From IMG/VR virus record IMGVR_UViG_3300033993_001993: a DNA stretch of 64,000 nucleotides; one strand, given 5' to 3'. Source of the DNA: a virus (lineage: Duplodnaviria > Heunggongvirae > Uroviricota > Caudoviricetes). Below, in pieces: positions 8,704-18,803 of this stretch. Numbering within the stretch: position 1 is the first letter of the stretch; the number at the start of each line of letters is the position of its first letter. A program made the translations under genes and the position numbers. The notes under the pieces were generated by a model. The model searched no databases, had not been told where the DNA came from, and saw only the letters and a program-made list of their open reading frames with translations.

Positions 8704-9395
8704 TATAAAAATTTAATTTCATTTGTTATTGGATTCCAATCAATATTCCACGGCAAGTGAGAATAAAGGTATCGTTCGTCCAACACAGACGCATTGAAGT
8801 AGTGTGTGTGTCCGTCGTAATAATGTCCGTGACCACTATGGATGTGACCACAGATGTGAATCTTCGGTTTGATTTGTTTGATTCGTTCTGCAAGTAATTC
8901 GCAACCTAAGTGTTGTCCTCGACGACCTTCAACGTCATCCAAGAATCCCCAAGCTGGTCCGTGAGTAATTAAGATGTCTATCCCTTCAGGAATCATATCC
9001 CAAACCGCTTTCAACTCTTCACCATTTTTAGGTAAGTTAAACGCCCAATTATAGAACTCAGGTTGCCAAGGAGATCCCCAAATTTTAACTTCAGGTCCAT
9101 CACCATCTTGTATTGTAATTAACTCGTCTTGTACGTAATCAATGTGTTTGTATTCAGTGAGAATACCTTTGATTTTCTCTACGTTGTTTTGGAAACCCCA
9201 ATCGTGGTTACCAGCAATGAATACTTTGTGTCCGTAGTCGTCAAGTTTATTATACCAAGACGCAAACTCACGGATCTCGTGTTCGTAACCCATAGAACTT
9301 AAATCACCAGCGTGTAACAACAAATCACCACCAGGTAAATCACCTGTAATGTGTTTGTGTTTTCCGTGAGTATCCGATATAATTGTTAATTTCAT
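8703..9395 (-). CDS. Calcineurin-like metallophosphoesterase
   Basis: ISDTHGKHK, HAGDL, IAGNHD and HICGHIH metal-binding motifs. Confidence 0.8.
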   Translation of the reverse strand: MKLTIISDTHGKHKHITGDLPGGDLLLHAGDLSSMGYEHEIREFASWYNKLDDYGHKVFIAGNHDWGFQNNVEKIKGILTEYKHIDYVQDELITIQDGDGPEVKIWGSPWQPEFYNWAFNLPKNGEELKAVWDMIPEGIDILITHGPAWGFLDDVEGRRGQHLGCELLAERIKQIKPKIHICGHIHSGHGHYYDGHTHYFNASVLDERYLYSHLPWNIDWNPITNEIKFL

Positions 9396-9763
9396 ATTTT
9401 AATCCATTTATTGTCGTGATTATACTTAAAAGATCCAATGTGTTCTTTATCCCAAAAATTTGGTTCTATCAAAGATAGGAAATTTTTTTGGTTGTTACCA
9501 ACATAAAGGTGGTAAATTTTCCCAATTACTGGTTCAAAAGTAAATTTTGATTGATAAACCAAATCATTCCATTGGTATTCATCAACAAGTTTCTGATACT
9601 CTTTTTTTAATTCCTCAAATCTATCAATAAATTGTTTATTAAGATCCATTATTCTGGGTTCTTTCCAACTTTGGATGTCGGTCAGTTTAATAGATGGCGC
9701 CCCAACATTACTACCATATGGTAATAGTCCAGGATTATCTGCTACGTTGTCGGGTTTTTCCAT
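9392..9763 (-). CDS. Hypothetical protein
   Basis: 123-aa ORF overlapping its neighbour by 4 nt. Confidence 0.3.
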   Translation of the reverse strand: MEKPDNVADNPGLLPYGSNVGAPSIKLTDIQSWKEPRIMDLNKQFIDRFEELKKEYQKLVDEYQWNDLVYQSKFTFEPVIGKIYHLYVGNNQKNFLSLIEPNFWDKEHIGSFKYNHDNKWIKI

Positions 9764-9811
9764 CTTCTATAGTTTGTTATTAATGATACCACATTAACAC
9801 CACCAAATCAA

Positions 9812-10264
9812 CTATGGTTTTGTATAAAATTGTATTTTGTTTTTGGCGTTTTCAATCAACCATTTATCAACGTAAGGTATTTTTTTTAAAAACTCCAATT
9901 CGTGTTGGTACGCAATGACTTCCTCCACATTTGGGTTCAAATTAAGGTTAGTTTTTAGGAGGTATAAATGTAATGATTCGTGAACGAGGATTGCCGAAAT
10001 GTTATAGATATTACCATTATTCATTTCTTTGGATGGTATTGTGATAACACTATCTGATTCTGTGGTTGAGAATCCCCCATTCCAAAAAGCAACTACCTTA
10101 CACGTTTCCATAATAAGGTAGTACTTTTCTTTATCGTATTTTTGTATTGTATCTAACGCTTGTTCGACTTTCCCTTTCCATCCATCACCAACATCCGTTA
10201 TTTTTATTTGCCCAAATATTGGTGTGAAAGTGAACATAACCAGTAAGAGTGTCCATATTCTCAC
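9812..10264 (-). CDS. Secreted protein with an HExxH motif (putative zinc metallopeptidase)
   Basis: N-terminal signal peptide MRIWTLLLVMFTFTPIFGQ; ILVHESLHLYL contains HExxH. Confidence 0.3.
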   Translation of the reverse strand: MRIWTLLLVMFTFTPIFGQIKITDVGDGWKGKVEQALDTIQKYDKEKYYLIMETCKVVAFWNGGFSTTESDSVITIPSKEMNNGNIYNISAILVHESLHLYLLKTNLNLNPNVEEVIAYQHELEFLKKIPYVDKWLIENAKNKIQFYTKP

Positions 10265-10716
10265 GGTAATTTAATTGCTGCGTCGTGTATTGCTTTCTTC
10301 AATGCTGAAGACAATGTCATCTTCTCAAAAGGTATCGATCCCTCTTGAACTTCAATAATAATTGCTCTAATCTCTGTGTCTGACTCACCCATCCCTTGGT
10401 AACAATTACCTTTATAATGAAGTTTAATTCCAACTTGAGTTATTGTATTTGTTTTTTCAACACCAACAACTCTTATGGTTGTCTTAGGTAAACCAAAATA
10501 GTAAATTTCAACATCTATTTTATCCCCTTGTTCTGATAAACAATATTTTTCAGATAACTCATCCTCAACAATTTGTTTAACCCCAAAACGAATATCTCTA
10601 TTACCAAGTTCTCTTAATTTCGCAGTCGAGTATACAGAATCAACAAATACACATTGTTGAGCTTTAGCGATGTTACCAAGTAGTAACATACCAAGTAGTA
10701 AGATTATATTTTTCAT
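10261..10716 (-). CDS. Secreted hypothetical protein
   Basis: Signal peptide MKNIILLLGMLLLGNIAKAQ. Confidence 0.35.
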   Translation of the reverse strand: MKNIILLLGMLLLGNIAKAQQCVFVDSVYSTAKLRELGNRDIRFGVKQIVEDELSEKYCLSEQGDKIDVEIYYFGLPKTTIRVVGVEKTNTITQVGIKLHYKGNCYQGMGESDTEIRAIIIEVQEGSIPFEKMTLSSALKKAIHDAAIKLP

Positions 10717-11306
10717 AATTTAATTTGGTATTTAGTAAAGTCGGTTGTTGATGGTTTCTCGTTTTTGAAATAGTATTTCTCGATTTTGTTTCCGTATTTA
10801 ATTGTCTTATAATATCCGTCAGGTACCGTAGCTCCTGTTGGTAACACAATTGATTTGGTTGAATAAACACAACGAATTTCAACGATCACACTTTTATTTG
10901 TCTTCGCCAATTCTCTTTCTCTAACCTCTAACAATCTCCAAGTAGTTCTATTTAAGTTCTCTTGTTGTAGTGAACAATTTAAGTATGTGAATGTTTTGAA
11001 TAGTAATTCTTTAGTACAATTGAAATCTGCCGCGGGCGCTAAGTGCCCTTTATCATATGGGTTGTTCGCATAATCCTTATCGTCAGATGTCAGTATCGAA
11101 TCACAAGTATAGAAATCCATACCTTTTCTTGGTGCGGATCCATTGGGACATTGTACCGTATAACGAATGAACTTTGGTTGTTGTAATTTTTCAGAATAAA
11201 CAATCTCAAACATATCTGTTTTAATGTAGACGGAATCTCTTAACGCTTTCTGACTGAAAACAAATAATGGTAATGTTAATAATAATGTTAGTAATAAATT
11301 TTTCAT
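10713..11306 (-). CDS. Secreted DNA/RNA non-specific endonuclease (Serratia NucA / EndoG His-Me finger family)
   Basis: Signal peptide MKNLLLTLLLTLPLFVFSQ; the DKGHLAPAADF active-site block (DRGH motif) and downstream QQENLNRTTWRLLE match the Endonuclease_NS family. Confidence 0.65.
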   Translation of the reverse strand: MKNLLLTLLLTLPLFVFSQKALRDSVYIKTDMFEIVYSEKLQQPKFIRYTVQCPNGSAPRKGMDFYTCDSILTSDDKDYANNPYDKGHLAPAADFNCTKELLFKTFTYLNCSLQQENLNRTTWRLLEVRERELAKTNKSVIVEIRCVYSTKSIVLPTGATVPDGYYKTIKYGNKIEKYYFKNEKPSTTDFTKYQIKL

Positions 11307-11307
11307 T

Positions 11308-12276
11308 TTAATATGATACGGTTGTTTTATACCCAGGAGCGATCAGATAATAGTTTTGTGATCCCCCACTTACAGGTGAGTTTATTGTTATTGATGACAC
11401 ACCAGGTATTGTTGATCTTAGATCTGATGTATTTGTCGTTAATGTTGTGTATTGTGCGGTTGTATATAATCTGGATGGACTCATATTAATCCAACCCCCT
11501 AATAAACCATATCGTCTAAGATTAATATAATTTTGATCGGCAACGTTTATTCTCCCATCATAGTTCACATCATATCTGTGGTAATGAATACTTTTAATTG
11601 GTGTAACACCTAATATTAATTTAGAAACTTCTACCATATCCGTAGTTTGTAGTGTAGTTACCGGTGTTGGAGCATCATATTGTATGTACCACTCAACCGC
11701 AGGACTTGTCGGTTGTGAAAAGTTATAGTACCCCGATGAGTTAGTGTAAACCGTTTGATGTAACACCCAAGGGGTAAAAGTCACAATATATTCAAACTCC
11801 AAAACATATGGTAATGATGTGTTAGGTAAATCATTCCATCTACCTCCTCCGACGAATTGAATGTAGTCCTCGTTACCGGCATTGTTTGGTTCTCCACTAT
11901 TCCAATACGACCAAGAATAAGGTTCACCCGTAACCCATCTCCACACACCTTCATTGACCTCATCGGTTAATCCGATCCACCCATTTGGCCAAAGGCTGAA
12001 TAGGAAATTGTTTTCGGCTAATGATGTTGAGGTAACTAAATGTCCCCCCATATTAATACAGGCTTGTCTTGCGTCCGTCCAAGTCATTGACCCTGTTGAT
12101 CTATAATATGAGTGCCCATTAAAGTTTTGTTGATTGGTAAATCCATTCATTACCGGTGTTGTTCTTTTATACAACTTAACAGGTACATTAACCGCGCCTG
12201 TTCCATCCGCATTATAAATGTATCCCGAATATGTAAAGGTTTGAGTAAACCCCATAAACGGAATCACAAATAACAT
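11308..12276 (-). CDS. Secreted C-type lectin domain protein (EPN/WND carbohydrate-binding motifs)
   Basis: WIGLTDEVNEGVWRWVTGEPYSWSYWNSGEPNNAGNEDYIQFVGGGRWNDLPN is a canonical CTLD long-loop signature. Start moved to the internal Met, which gives signal peptide MLFVIPFMGFTQ and removes the overlap with the next gene. Confidence 0.65.
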   Translation of the reverse strand: MLFVIPFMGFTQTFTYSGYIYNADGTGAVNVPVKLYKRTTPVMNGFTNQQNFNGHSYYRSTGSMTWTDARQACINMGGHLVTSTSLAENNFLFSLWPNGWIGLTDEVNEGVWRWVTGEPYSWSYWNSGEPNNAGNEDYIQFVGGGRWNDLPNTSLPYVLEFEYIVTFTPWVLHQTVYTNSSGYYNFSQPTSPAVEWYIQYDAPTPVTTLQTTDMVEVSKLILGVTPIKSIHYHRYDVNYDGRINVADQNYINLRRYGLLGGWINMSPSRLYTTAQYTTLTTNTSDLRSTIPGVSSITINSPVSGGSQNYYLIAPGYKTTVSY

Positions 12277-12284
12277 TATTGTTA

Positions 12285-13901
12285 TTATTGTCCTACTAAC
12301 ATTCTTGCTCCACACGTTACCGTATAATTTAAAGCACTTGTTTTTAAATCCCAAGCACCACCTGCGTTTATGTTGAATTTGAACTTCTTTGTAATTTTAA
12401 TATTTGTACCAATACTTGGTAACATCACATAAGGAGATTTCAATACAACATCATTATAGTAACTAACATACGGAGCGTAAACAAATAAATTCATTAATTT
12501 AACATCTATTCGTTTACCTATCCTCATATCGTAAGTCCCCCCAACAATTAATGCAGTCCCCAAAAATGATTCTCTATAAACATTTCCATAAGATACCGTC
12601 CCCATATAAAGAAGTTTAAGAGATTTAGGTTTCTTAAACGTAAACATTTGTCCTATTGCTACCGTACCGTATAATGACTTATTACCTTCAAACCCAATGG
12701 TTAGTGTTCCAGAACCAATCACAATTGATTTAGGTCTAATAAAAGCATAGAACGCAGTTATATTAGGACCTCTAAGGGCTGAAGTATAGTCACCTAAAAC
12801 CCCCGAACTTCTTTTACCATCCCATCTCATTGCAGTATACCCACCTGTTACTTTTAACCCTGTATTCACTTCAGAATCTCTAAAGTTAAACCCAACAAAG
12901 TCACCACTAGCGACTATTGTGGGTTTACCACCTTCTTTACTAGTTGGGGTTGCCTTTACCGTTGTGGTTGCACCACCTGTTATATTTGTTTGTCCACCTT
13001 CTTCTTTTCCTGTTTCAGGAGTTTTATTTTCCTCAGGTTTATTACTTCCCGAACCAGTCCCGTTATTCCCTGCCCCACCATTAGACCCATTCCCAGGCTC
13101 ACTACTACTATTTCCATTTCCACTTGTTGTTTGATTGTTTATTGGTGTTTCAGTTGTTTGACCACCACCATTTGGTTCTGTTGTTTGAGTTCCCCCATTT
13201 ATAGTCGGGTTAGTCGATTGATTTCCAGTTTCATTTGATCCACCTTGAGTTGTAGTTCCTCCTGCTTGTGTTGGATTTTGAGTTCCAACATTTTGACTAG
13301 TGGTTCCATTTCCTCCGTTTGTACCTCCTTCATTTGTTCCAGAAGTGGTTGTACCTCCTTGAGTAGAGTTACCTGTTCCATTCGTTTGATTTTGAGTATT
13401 ATTGGTTGTGGTATTATTATTTGTAGTATTATTTCCACTTCCATTTTGGGATTTATTCCCCTTCTTATCGTTACCCTTTGAATTTCCATTCCCTGTATTA
13501 TTAATAGTAGTTACAGACCCACCTATTAAATTTGTGGATCCCCCCGCTAAATCTGAGATTGTGGATAATGAATTAAGAATTCCGATTACGTTTAATGCTG
13601 TTCCTTGGGTTATGTTAATTGCCGTACCCAAACCTATTATTTCAGAGCAAGGACTATTTGTTCCATATTGTGAAAATATGTTATTAGTCCAAGATTCAAA
13701 TGTCCCGTTTGTAAAATCGTTTTGACTAAACGATCCCGTTTCACCGTAGTATGAAACTATTACGTTTCCATTTATCGGTATGACTATAGTTTTAAGATTT
13801 CCCGTACAGGGATCAGAGTAACTATAATTGTAAGATTGCGCATTCAGGTTAAAGAACCCAAACACGCAATAAAACAATAATATGAATACATTTAGTTTCA
13901 A
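12285..13901 (-). CDS. Secreted protein with a roughly 230-aa N/T/G/S-rich low-complexity region and a C-terminal beta-barrel-like domain
   Basis: Signal peptide; GNGNSKGNDKKGNKSQNGSGNNTTNNNTTTNNTQNQTNGTGNSTQGG... tract; the C-terminal 200 aa have alternating hydrophobic beta-strand-like character. Confidence 0.4.
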   Translation of the reverse strand: MKLNVFILLFYCVFGFFNLNAQSYNYSYSDPCTGNLKTIVIPINGNVIVSYYGETGSFSQNDFTNGTFESWTNNIFSQYGTNSPCSEIIGLGTAINITQGTALNVIGILNSLSTISDLAGGSTNLIGGSVTTINNTGNGNSKGNDKKGNKSQNGSGNNTTNNNTTTNNTQNQTNGTGNSTQGGTTTSGTNEGGTNGGNGTTSQNVGTQNPTQAGGTTTQGGSNETGNQSTNPTINGGTQTTEPNGGGQTTETPINNQTTSGNGNSSSEPGNGSNGGAGNNGTGSGSNKPEENKTPETGKEEGGQTNITGGATTTVKATPTSKEGGKPTIVASGDFVGFNFRDSEVNTGLKVTGGYTAMRWDGKRSSGVLGDYTSALRGPNITAFYAFIRPKSIVIGSGTLTIGFEGNKSLYGTVAIGQMFTFKKPKSLKLLYMGTVSYGNVYRESFLGTALIVGGTYDMRIGKRIDVKLMNLFVYAPYVSYYNDVVLKSPYVMLPSIGTNIKITKKFKFNINAGGAWDLKTSALNYTVTCGARMLVGQ

Positions 13902-14641
13902 TTTTTAAATACTCCTTTTGTGATAAGTCGACTCACCACTCTTGAAGATGCTGTCTCTAACGCCTTCTTTGTTGTTATACCAATAGTTGATTGGTTAAAT
14001 TTAACATCATCTGAGATGTCCCCCAATATTGTTGAGGTCTTTACCGTACTTGCCTCACCCAATCCTGATCCAACGATCACTTGACTTGTCTCAGCATCTA
14101 CGAATTTAATTTGTAATCCTAATCGTGTTGTTTGTGTTGTTGTCTGTTGTCCGTTAACTTTAACAACCTCATCCTCCGATACACTGAAGTCATATACCTC
14201 AATGTATACAAAGTATTTTGCTAAGATTACATTTCCTTTTACATCAATCTTATTAACTGAAATTCCTTTATCAGAAGCTTTGTCCTGAGCAATCATTCGT
14301 TGTTTGATGTCTTCTTTTTCTTCGGTAAAAACAAATCTACCCGTATACTCTAAATACTCAATCACAATGTTTGTTACACCTAAACCAACTCGTTTGTCTT
14401 TAAGTTCAGGATATAACTCATACAACTCCTCATTAATACCAATCTTTAATAATTGGATGGGAACTTGTATTGTATCAGTATAATCTGACACATCATTGAT
14501 AGATTGCTTCTTCTCAAATTCAGCTTGATATTGTTCAGTTTTCACAGAACCAATACCCCCACTGGTTTGTGGGGGCTGAGCTTGTGTTGTTTTACAACTG
14601 AATAAACTAAATATTGATAGTATGAATACTACTTTTTTCAT
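13898..14641 (-). CDS. Lipoprotein (signal peptide plus Cys lipobox)
   Basis: MKKVVFILSIFSLFSCKTT N-terminus. Confidence 0.4.
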   Translation of the reverse strand: MKKVVFILSIFSLFSCKTTQAQPPQTSGGIGSVKTEQYQAEFEKKQSINDVSDYTDTIQVPIQLLKIGINEELYELYPELKDKRVGLGVTNIVIEYLEYTGRFVFTEEKEDIKQRMIAQDKASDKGISVNKIDVKGNVILAKYFVYIEVYDFSVSEDEVVKVNGQQTTTQTTRLGLQIKFVDAETSQVIVGSGLGEASTVKTSTILGDISDDVKFNQSTIGITTKKALETASSRVVSRLITKGVFKN

Positions 14642-14925
14642 TATCCGATTTCTTCCTCTTCTTCTTTAGTTGCAGTTTTACCCGATAAGTACTTATCAAC
14701 AGATGCAATACCAAAAGAACCTAAAGTAATCCACAAAAATCCGTCATAGATGAATTGGTTAATTGGCATTTCTTGTCCGTGAAAACCAGTCCAAATATCC
14801 ACACCAAGACACACCACCATCATTAAAAATGATCCAAATCCTACTATTGATTTTTCGTTTATATCATTTTGATCCATAAACATTCTTACTAAGAATGATT
14901 TCTTTTTTGTTTTCTTTTCTGCCAT
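14641..14925 (-). CDS. Small two-TM membrane protein (holin-like candidate)
   Basis: 94 aa with two hydrophobic segments (IVGFGSFLMMVVCLGV, FLWITLGSFGIASV) and a charged C-terminus. Confidence 0.3.
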   Translation of the reverse strand: MAEKKTKKKSFLVRMFMDQNDINEKSIVGFGSFLMMVVCLGVDIWTGFHGQEMPINQFIYDGFLWITLGSFGIASVDKYLSGKTATKEEEEEIG

Positions 14926-14952
14926 TTTTGTTTTATTTATTTGTTTATTAAT

Positions 14953-15285
14953 TTACCAAGATTCTTCTTCAACCTTTTTTGGTTTTTCAGGTTGTGCTTG
15001 TGTTGTTGACGGTTTTTCAACTACTCGTTCAATTACGTGAGTTCCTCCACCATTTTCAACTTTTTGTTTATTCTCTTGATTTTGTTGAACGTTTACAATA
15101 ACAGGTTGACTTGCCGGTGCTACTTGTTCAGTTTTAGTTTCCTCAGCGGATTCATCTCCACCTCCGAATAATAATGTACTCACCCATACTCCACCACCAG
15201 CAATTACGGTAGTTAAAGTCCCGATGATTGTTTTTTTCAACCCTGACCAAGTTCCGTCATTGGTCTCTTGCGCTTCTTCTGACAT
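14953..15285 (-). CDS. Small single-TM membrane protein
   Basis: TM segment IIGTLTTVIAGGGVWVSTLLFGG followed by a charged tail. Confidence 0.3.
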   Translation of the reverse strand: MSEEAQETNDGTWSGLKKTIIGTLTTVIAGGGVWVSTLLFGGGDESAEETKTEQVAPASQPVIVNVQQNQENKQKVENGGGTHVIERVVEKPSTTQAQPEKPKKVEEESW

Positions 15286-15309
15286 TTTTGTTTTTATTTG
15301 TTTGTTTAT

Positions 15310-17220
15310 TTATTGTTTAATTATTCTTTCGAATGATGGAACTCCGTTCTCAACACTAAGTTTAACTATGTAAACCCCTGGTTCTAACTCACCTAAGTTT
15401 TTAGTGTAGTTATAAATCCCATCAGGTATTTGTGTGTCTAATATTGTAACTAACTTTCTACCAACTAAATCATATACCGATAGTGTTGCGTTTGTTGTCT
15501 CCTCAACTTTGAATGTGATTGTAACTTCGTCTTGATATGGATTAGGATATACTTCCATATTGTTATCGTTCAAGATGTTTCCACCTTCCATTTTTAATAC
15601 CTGAAGGATTCCGTTAGTTGGTGTTAAAGACAAATCACTTGAGTATGTAGTTCCAGCAAATTTTCTATTAGTGTACAAAGGACTTGCATCCCATAAGTTC
15701 TGTGGTTGTAACGCCAAGAATTGTATTATAACAACTTGATTACCATCTTTTAATGTGTTGTCATTATTTGTAGGATCAAACCCTCCCCATTCAATCTCGT
15801 TGTCGTTAGGGTTAACGTATGAAATCCATTTCATTGCCTCGGCTGATGATGTAATACCTTTAAATTGTAATAAGGTGTCATTGTATTTCAAACCAAATTG
15901 TAATGAACTTAATTCAATTCCATTTGTTATAACACTCACAGGAAGTTCAACTAAGTTACCAGCCTGAACTGAGATATTAGGAACATTTATTTCAATAGAT
16001 TGTGTTGGGAAATCGTATTCCACTTTAGTGTCAATAACATTGTATATTTGATTTTCTAAACCAGGTATTGGACCAACCACTACCTCAATAGGGGTTATAC
16101 GAGCCATATTATATCCTGTCCCATTTGCATCACCCGGTACCATCACATAATAAACAACTGAATCAGGTTGACCCGGTAGGATATCAAATGTAAAGTTAGT
16201 TACACCAGCAATTGATGAGGTGTAGTTAGTTGACGAACCATTAATTGTCGTATATTCCGTTGACGTAAAGAATTTAACATCTTTTGTATTGTTAGGCCAA
16301 GATGTAAATCTTCCTGAAACTCTACCAAACACACCCCAAACGTCTGAGATTGTTGTGTTGTTAGATCCGTTAACATCTGCAGTATAGTAATCAAACCCTG
16401 TCATTGTTCCGTTACCCAAAACCCATTGGTTTATTAATTGAGCATCTGTTGTTGATACAACATTACCAACACCCATAGTATCTCCTTTAACAGCTAAACG
16501 AACGTCCCAATATGTCGTATCCAATGGAACCGAAATATTAAAGTCTCCGTTATTATCCGTAACATAAACAGAATGTTGTGTCCAAGTTGATCCACCTGAT
16601 GGTTTTTTCTCTAACGCTAAAGTTAATGTTTTAGCTCCTGTACCAGTTACGTTTGTAAATGTTCCGTGGTAATCAAAGTTTACAGGTGTAAACACACCAC
16701 CATAGTTATGAACACTCAAAGTTGTATCCATACCATCTTGTTTTGCGGCGTATGGTGTAAACGTTTGAACTCCTGTCCAAGTTAAGTTACTTATTGTTGA
16801 TAAGTTATTAAATGTTGATGCTGGAGCGTGAGTAAATGTGATTAAGAATTTTTCACCGTTTGGTATAGTGTACGTAGAACTTGGACCAGTGTAACTTAAT
16901 GTCATTGTAATGTAACCATTCGCAGTGTTAGTCACATATTGAAGATCTAAGTTTGTTGTTGATCCTATCAAAGATACCGTTGCATTTGTAAATGCTACCT
17001 TATCATAAAATACTCTAAGCTGAACCCCAGCGAATTTTGTTAGGGTTGTATTTTGTAGTGTAATTTTGGCGGTTGTTGACCCTTGTGCTGAAGTCCCAAT
17101 CTGATATTGAGACGCAATGATACCCCACAAACCATTAGATGGTGCTGAAGGTACTTGTGATAACCCTATAAAAGGTAGTGATAATAACATTGTAAGGATT
17201 AACCCCTTAATTAATTTCAT
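15310..17220 (-). CDS. Large secreted/cell-surface protein with a T9SS C-terminal sorting domain
   Basis: N-terminal signal peptide; C-terminal about 80 aa (VYPNPYQDEVTITFKV...SVYDLVGRKLVTILD...GVYIVKLSVENG) match the Por secretion system CTD (TIGR04183-like). Confidence 0.6.
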   Translation of the reverse strand: MKLIKGLILTMLLSLPFIGLSQVPSAPSNGLWGIIASQYQIGTSAQGSTTAKITLQNTTLTKFAGVQLRVFYDKVAFTNATVSLIGSTTNLDLQYVTNTANGYITMTLSYTGPSSTYTIPNGEKFLITFTHAPASTFNNLSTISNLTWTGVQTFTPYAAKQDGMDTTLSVHNYGGVFTPVNFDYHGTFTNVTGTGAKTLTLALEKKPSGGSTWTQHSVYVTDNNGDFNISVPLDTTYWDVRLAVKGDTMGVGNVVSTTDAQLINQWVLGNGTMTGFDYYTADVNGSNNTTISDVWGVFGRVSGRFTSWPNNTKDVKFFTSTEYTTINGSSTNYTSSIAGVTNFTFDILPGQPDSVVYYVMVPGDANGTGYNMARITPIEVVVGPIPGLENQIYNVIDTKVEYDFPTQSIEINVPNISVQAGNLVELPVSVITNGIELSSLQFGLKYNDTLLQFKGITSSAEAMKWISYVNPNDNEIEWGGFDPTNNDNTLKDGNQVVIIQFLALQPQNLWDASPLYTNRKFAGTTYSSDLSLTPTNGILQVLKMEGGNILNDNNMEVYPNPYQDEVTITFKVEETTNATLSVYDLVGRKLVTILDTQIPDGIYNYTKNLGELEPGVYIVKLSVENGVPSFERIIKQ

Positions 17221-17376
17221 TTTCGTAGTTTTTTAGTTTTAGTGTTTAAAATTTTATCTATTTGTGTTAAGACCATTTTACTAATAAGTATCTCAATACC
17301 ATTAAACCGACAACTTTTTTACTATTAAATCTTTACTTTATAAATCGATTCACTATTTATAGAAAAATCAAATATT

Positions 17377-18204
17377 ATGATACTAAAAAATGGATCCAAA
17401 GGAGAGGATGTAAAAAAACTCCAAGTAAAATTAGGTGTGGAAGCGATAGGAACGTTCGGTCCTAAAACTGAAGCCGCGGTTAAAGCTTGGCAAACAGCTA
17501 ACGGATTAAAAGCTGACGGAATTGTTGGTGACGCTACTTGGTCTAAAATGTTTGGATCAAAACCTGAAGTAATTAAGGAAGATGTTGTTATCCCAAGTGG
17601 TGGCTCATTGAATCTTGAGAAATTGAAGGGTCATATTCCTGAGTCAGTTATTGCACAGATCCCTGACACTGCAAAGAAATTTAACATCACAAACAACTTA
17701 AGATTGGCTCACTTCTTGGCACAATGTGGTCACGAATCAGCTGGTTTCAAAGCGGTTAGTGAGAACTTGAATTACTCTGCGGATGGATTAAAAAAGATTT
17801 TTGGTAAGTACTTCCCTGGTAACTTAAACGAATCTTACGCTCGTCAACCTGAAAAGATTGCTGCTCGTGTTTACGCATCGAGAATGGGTAATGGTGATGA
17901 ATCAACTAAAGAAGGTTTTAAATTCAGAGGTCGTGGTTACATTCAATTAACAGGTAAATCAAACTACACAAACTTTACTAAGTTCATTGGTGAGGATTGT
18001 GTTGCAAATCCTGATTTAGTTGCAACAAAATACCCTTTAGCTTCAGCCGCTTTCTTCTTTGACTCAAATAAACTTTGGTCAATCTGTGATAAAGGTGCTG
18101 ATGATGCTACGGTAACGGCAGTAACTAAAAGAGTGAATGGTGGGACAATCGGATTACCTGATCGTATCAAACACTTTAAAGAATATTACAACTTACTTAA
18201 GTAA
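17377..18204 (+). CDS. Endolysin: peptidoglycan-binding domain + glycoside hydrolase family 19
   Basis: N-terminal PG_binding_1-like repeat (DVKKLQVKLG...GPKTEAAVKAWQ); GH19 catalytic blocks HFLAQCGHESAGF and FRGRGYIQLTGKSNYTNF. Confidence 0.85.
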   Translation: MILKNGSKGEDVKKLQVKLGVEAIGTFGPKTEAAVKAWQTANGLKADGIVGDATWSKMFGSKPEVIKEDVVIPSGGSLNLEKLKGHIPESVIAQIPDTAKKFNITNNLRLAHFLAQCGHESAGFKAVSENLNYSADGLKKIFGKYFPGNLNESYARQPEKIAARVYASRMGNGDESTKEGFKFRGRGYIQLTGKSNYTNFTKFIGEDCVANPDLVATKYPLASAAFFFDSNKLWSICDKGADDATVTAVTKRVNGGTIGLPDRIKHFKEYYNLLK

Positions 18205-18213
18205 AACACAAAA

Positions 18214-18238
18214 CCCCTCTTAACGGAGGGGTTTTTTT
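18214..18238. terminator. Bidirectional rho-independent terminator (CCCCTC-loop-GAGGGG + T7)
   Basis: Perfect 6-bp GC stem followed by TTTTTTT on + and a T-rich tract on -; lies between the convergent endolysin and the 18237 gene. Confidence 0.6.
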
Positions 18239-18491
18239 ATGATATAATTTTTATCTCACTTGTTGTTTCAATAACGACTCTCGCCCCACAACTCAATATT
18301 GGTTTGGTATCACAACCAGAACCTCCATATATGACCTTACTTGGTCCGAGTATTTCCACCTCATTACAATAGGTATTAGTTTTACCTTCTTTAATGGTTA
18401 TGACAGGTAGATCAGTTCCTTTAGTTTTGTTGGACCTGACGTGGTGCTGATTAACGTGTATTCGTATTACTTTTGGTCGTGCCATTCCCAA
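18237..18491 (-). CDS. Hypothetical protein
   Basis: 84-aa ORF. Confidence 0.3.
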   Translation of the reverse strand: MGMARPKVIRIHVNQHHVRSNKTKGTDLPVITIKEGKTNTYCNEVEILGPSKVIYGGSGCDTKPILSCGARVVIETTSEIKIIS

Positions 18492-18766
18492 CCTAACAAT
18501 AATTTAGAAAAAAATCTGTGAATAGGATTTGGTTTCTTTTCAAAGTATATTTGGAAAGATCTTCCGATCTTATACGATCCAACTTCTTTTCTTCTTTTAA
18601 ATGAGTTTGGTAAATGGATTTCACCAGATCTCATAACCATATCATCAACAACTGATCCTTCTGTATTTTTATTTTCAGTTTTTTTCTTCCTTGGTTTGTA
18701 AGTTCTTTTTTTTGTGGGTGACGGCTTTTCTTTACTCACGGTTTCTTTTAATATTTCTTTTTCCAT
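18467..18766 (-). CDS. Hypothetical basic (Lys/Arg-rich) protein
   Basis: KKRTYKPRKKKTENKN tract. Confidence 0.3.
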   Translation of the reverse strand: MEKEILKETVSKEKPSPTKKRTYKPRKKKTENKNTEGSVVDDMVMRSGEIHLPNSFKRRKEVGSYKIGRSFQIYFEKKPNPIHRFFSKLLLGWEWHDQK

Positions 18767-18803
18767 ATTATAAATTTAATTAAGAAGTAATGTGTGTAAA
18801 TAT

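Noticed and set aside
10673-10882. 69-aa ORF overlapping the 3' end of the nuclease gene and the 5' end of the next gene.
   Set aside because: Out-of-frame overlap with two well-supported signal-peptide genes and a low-complexity translation. Likely spurious.
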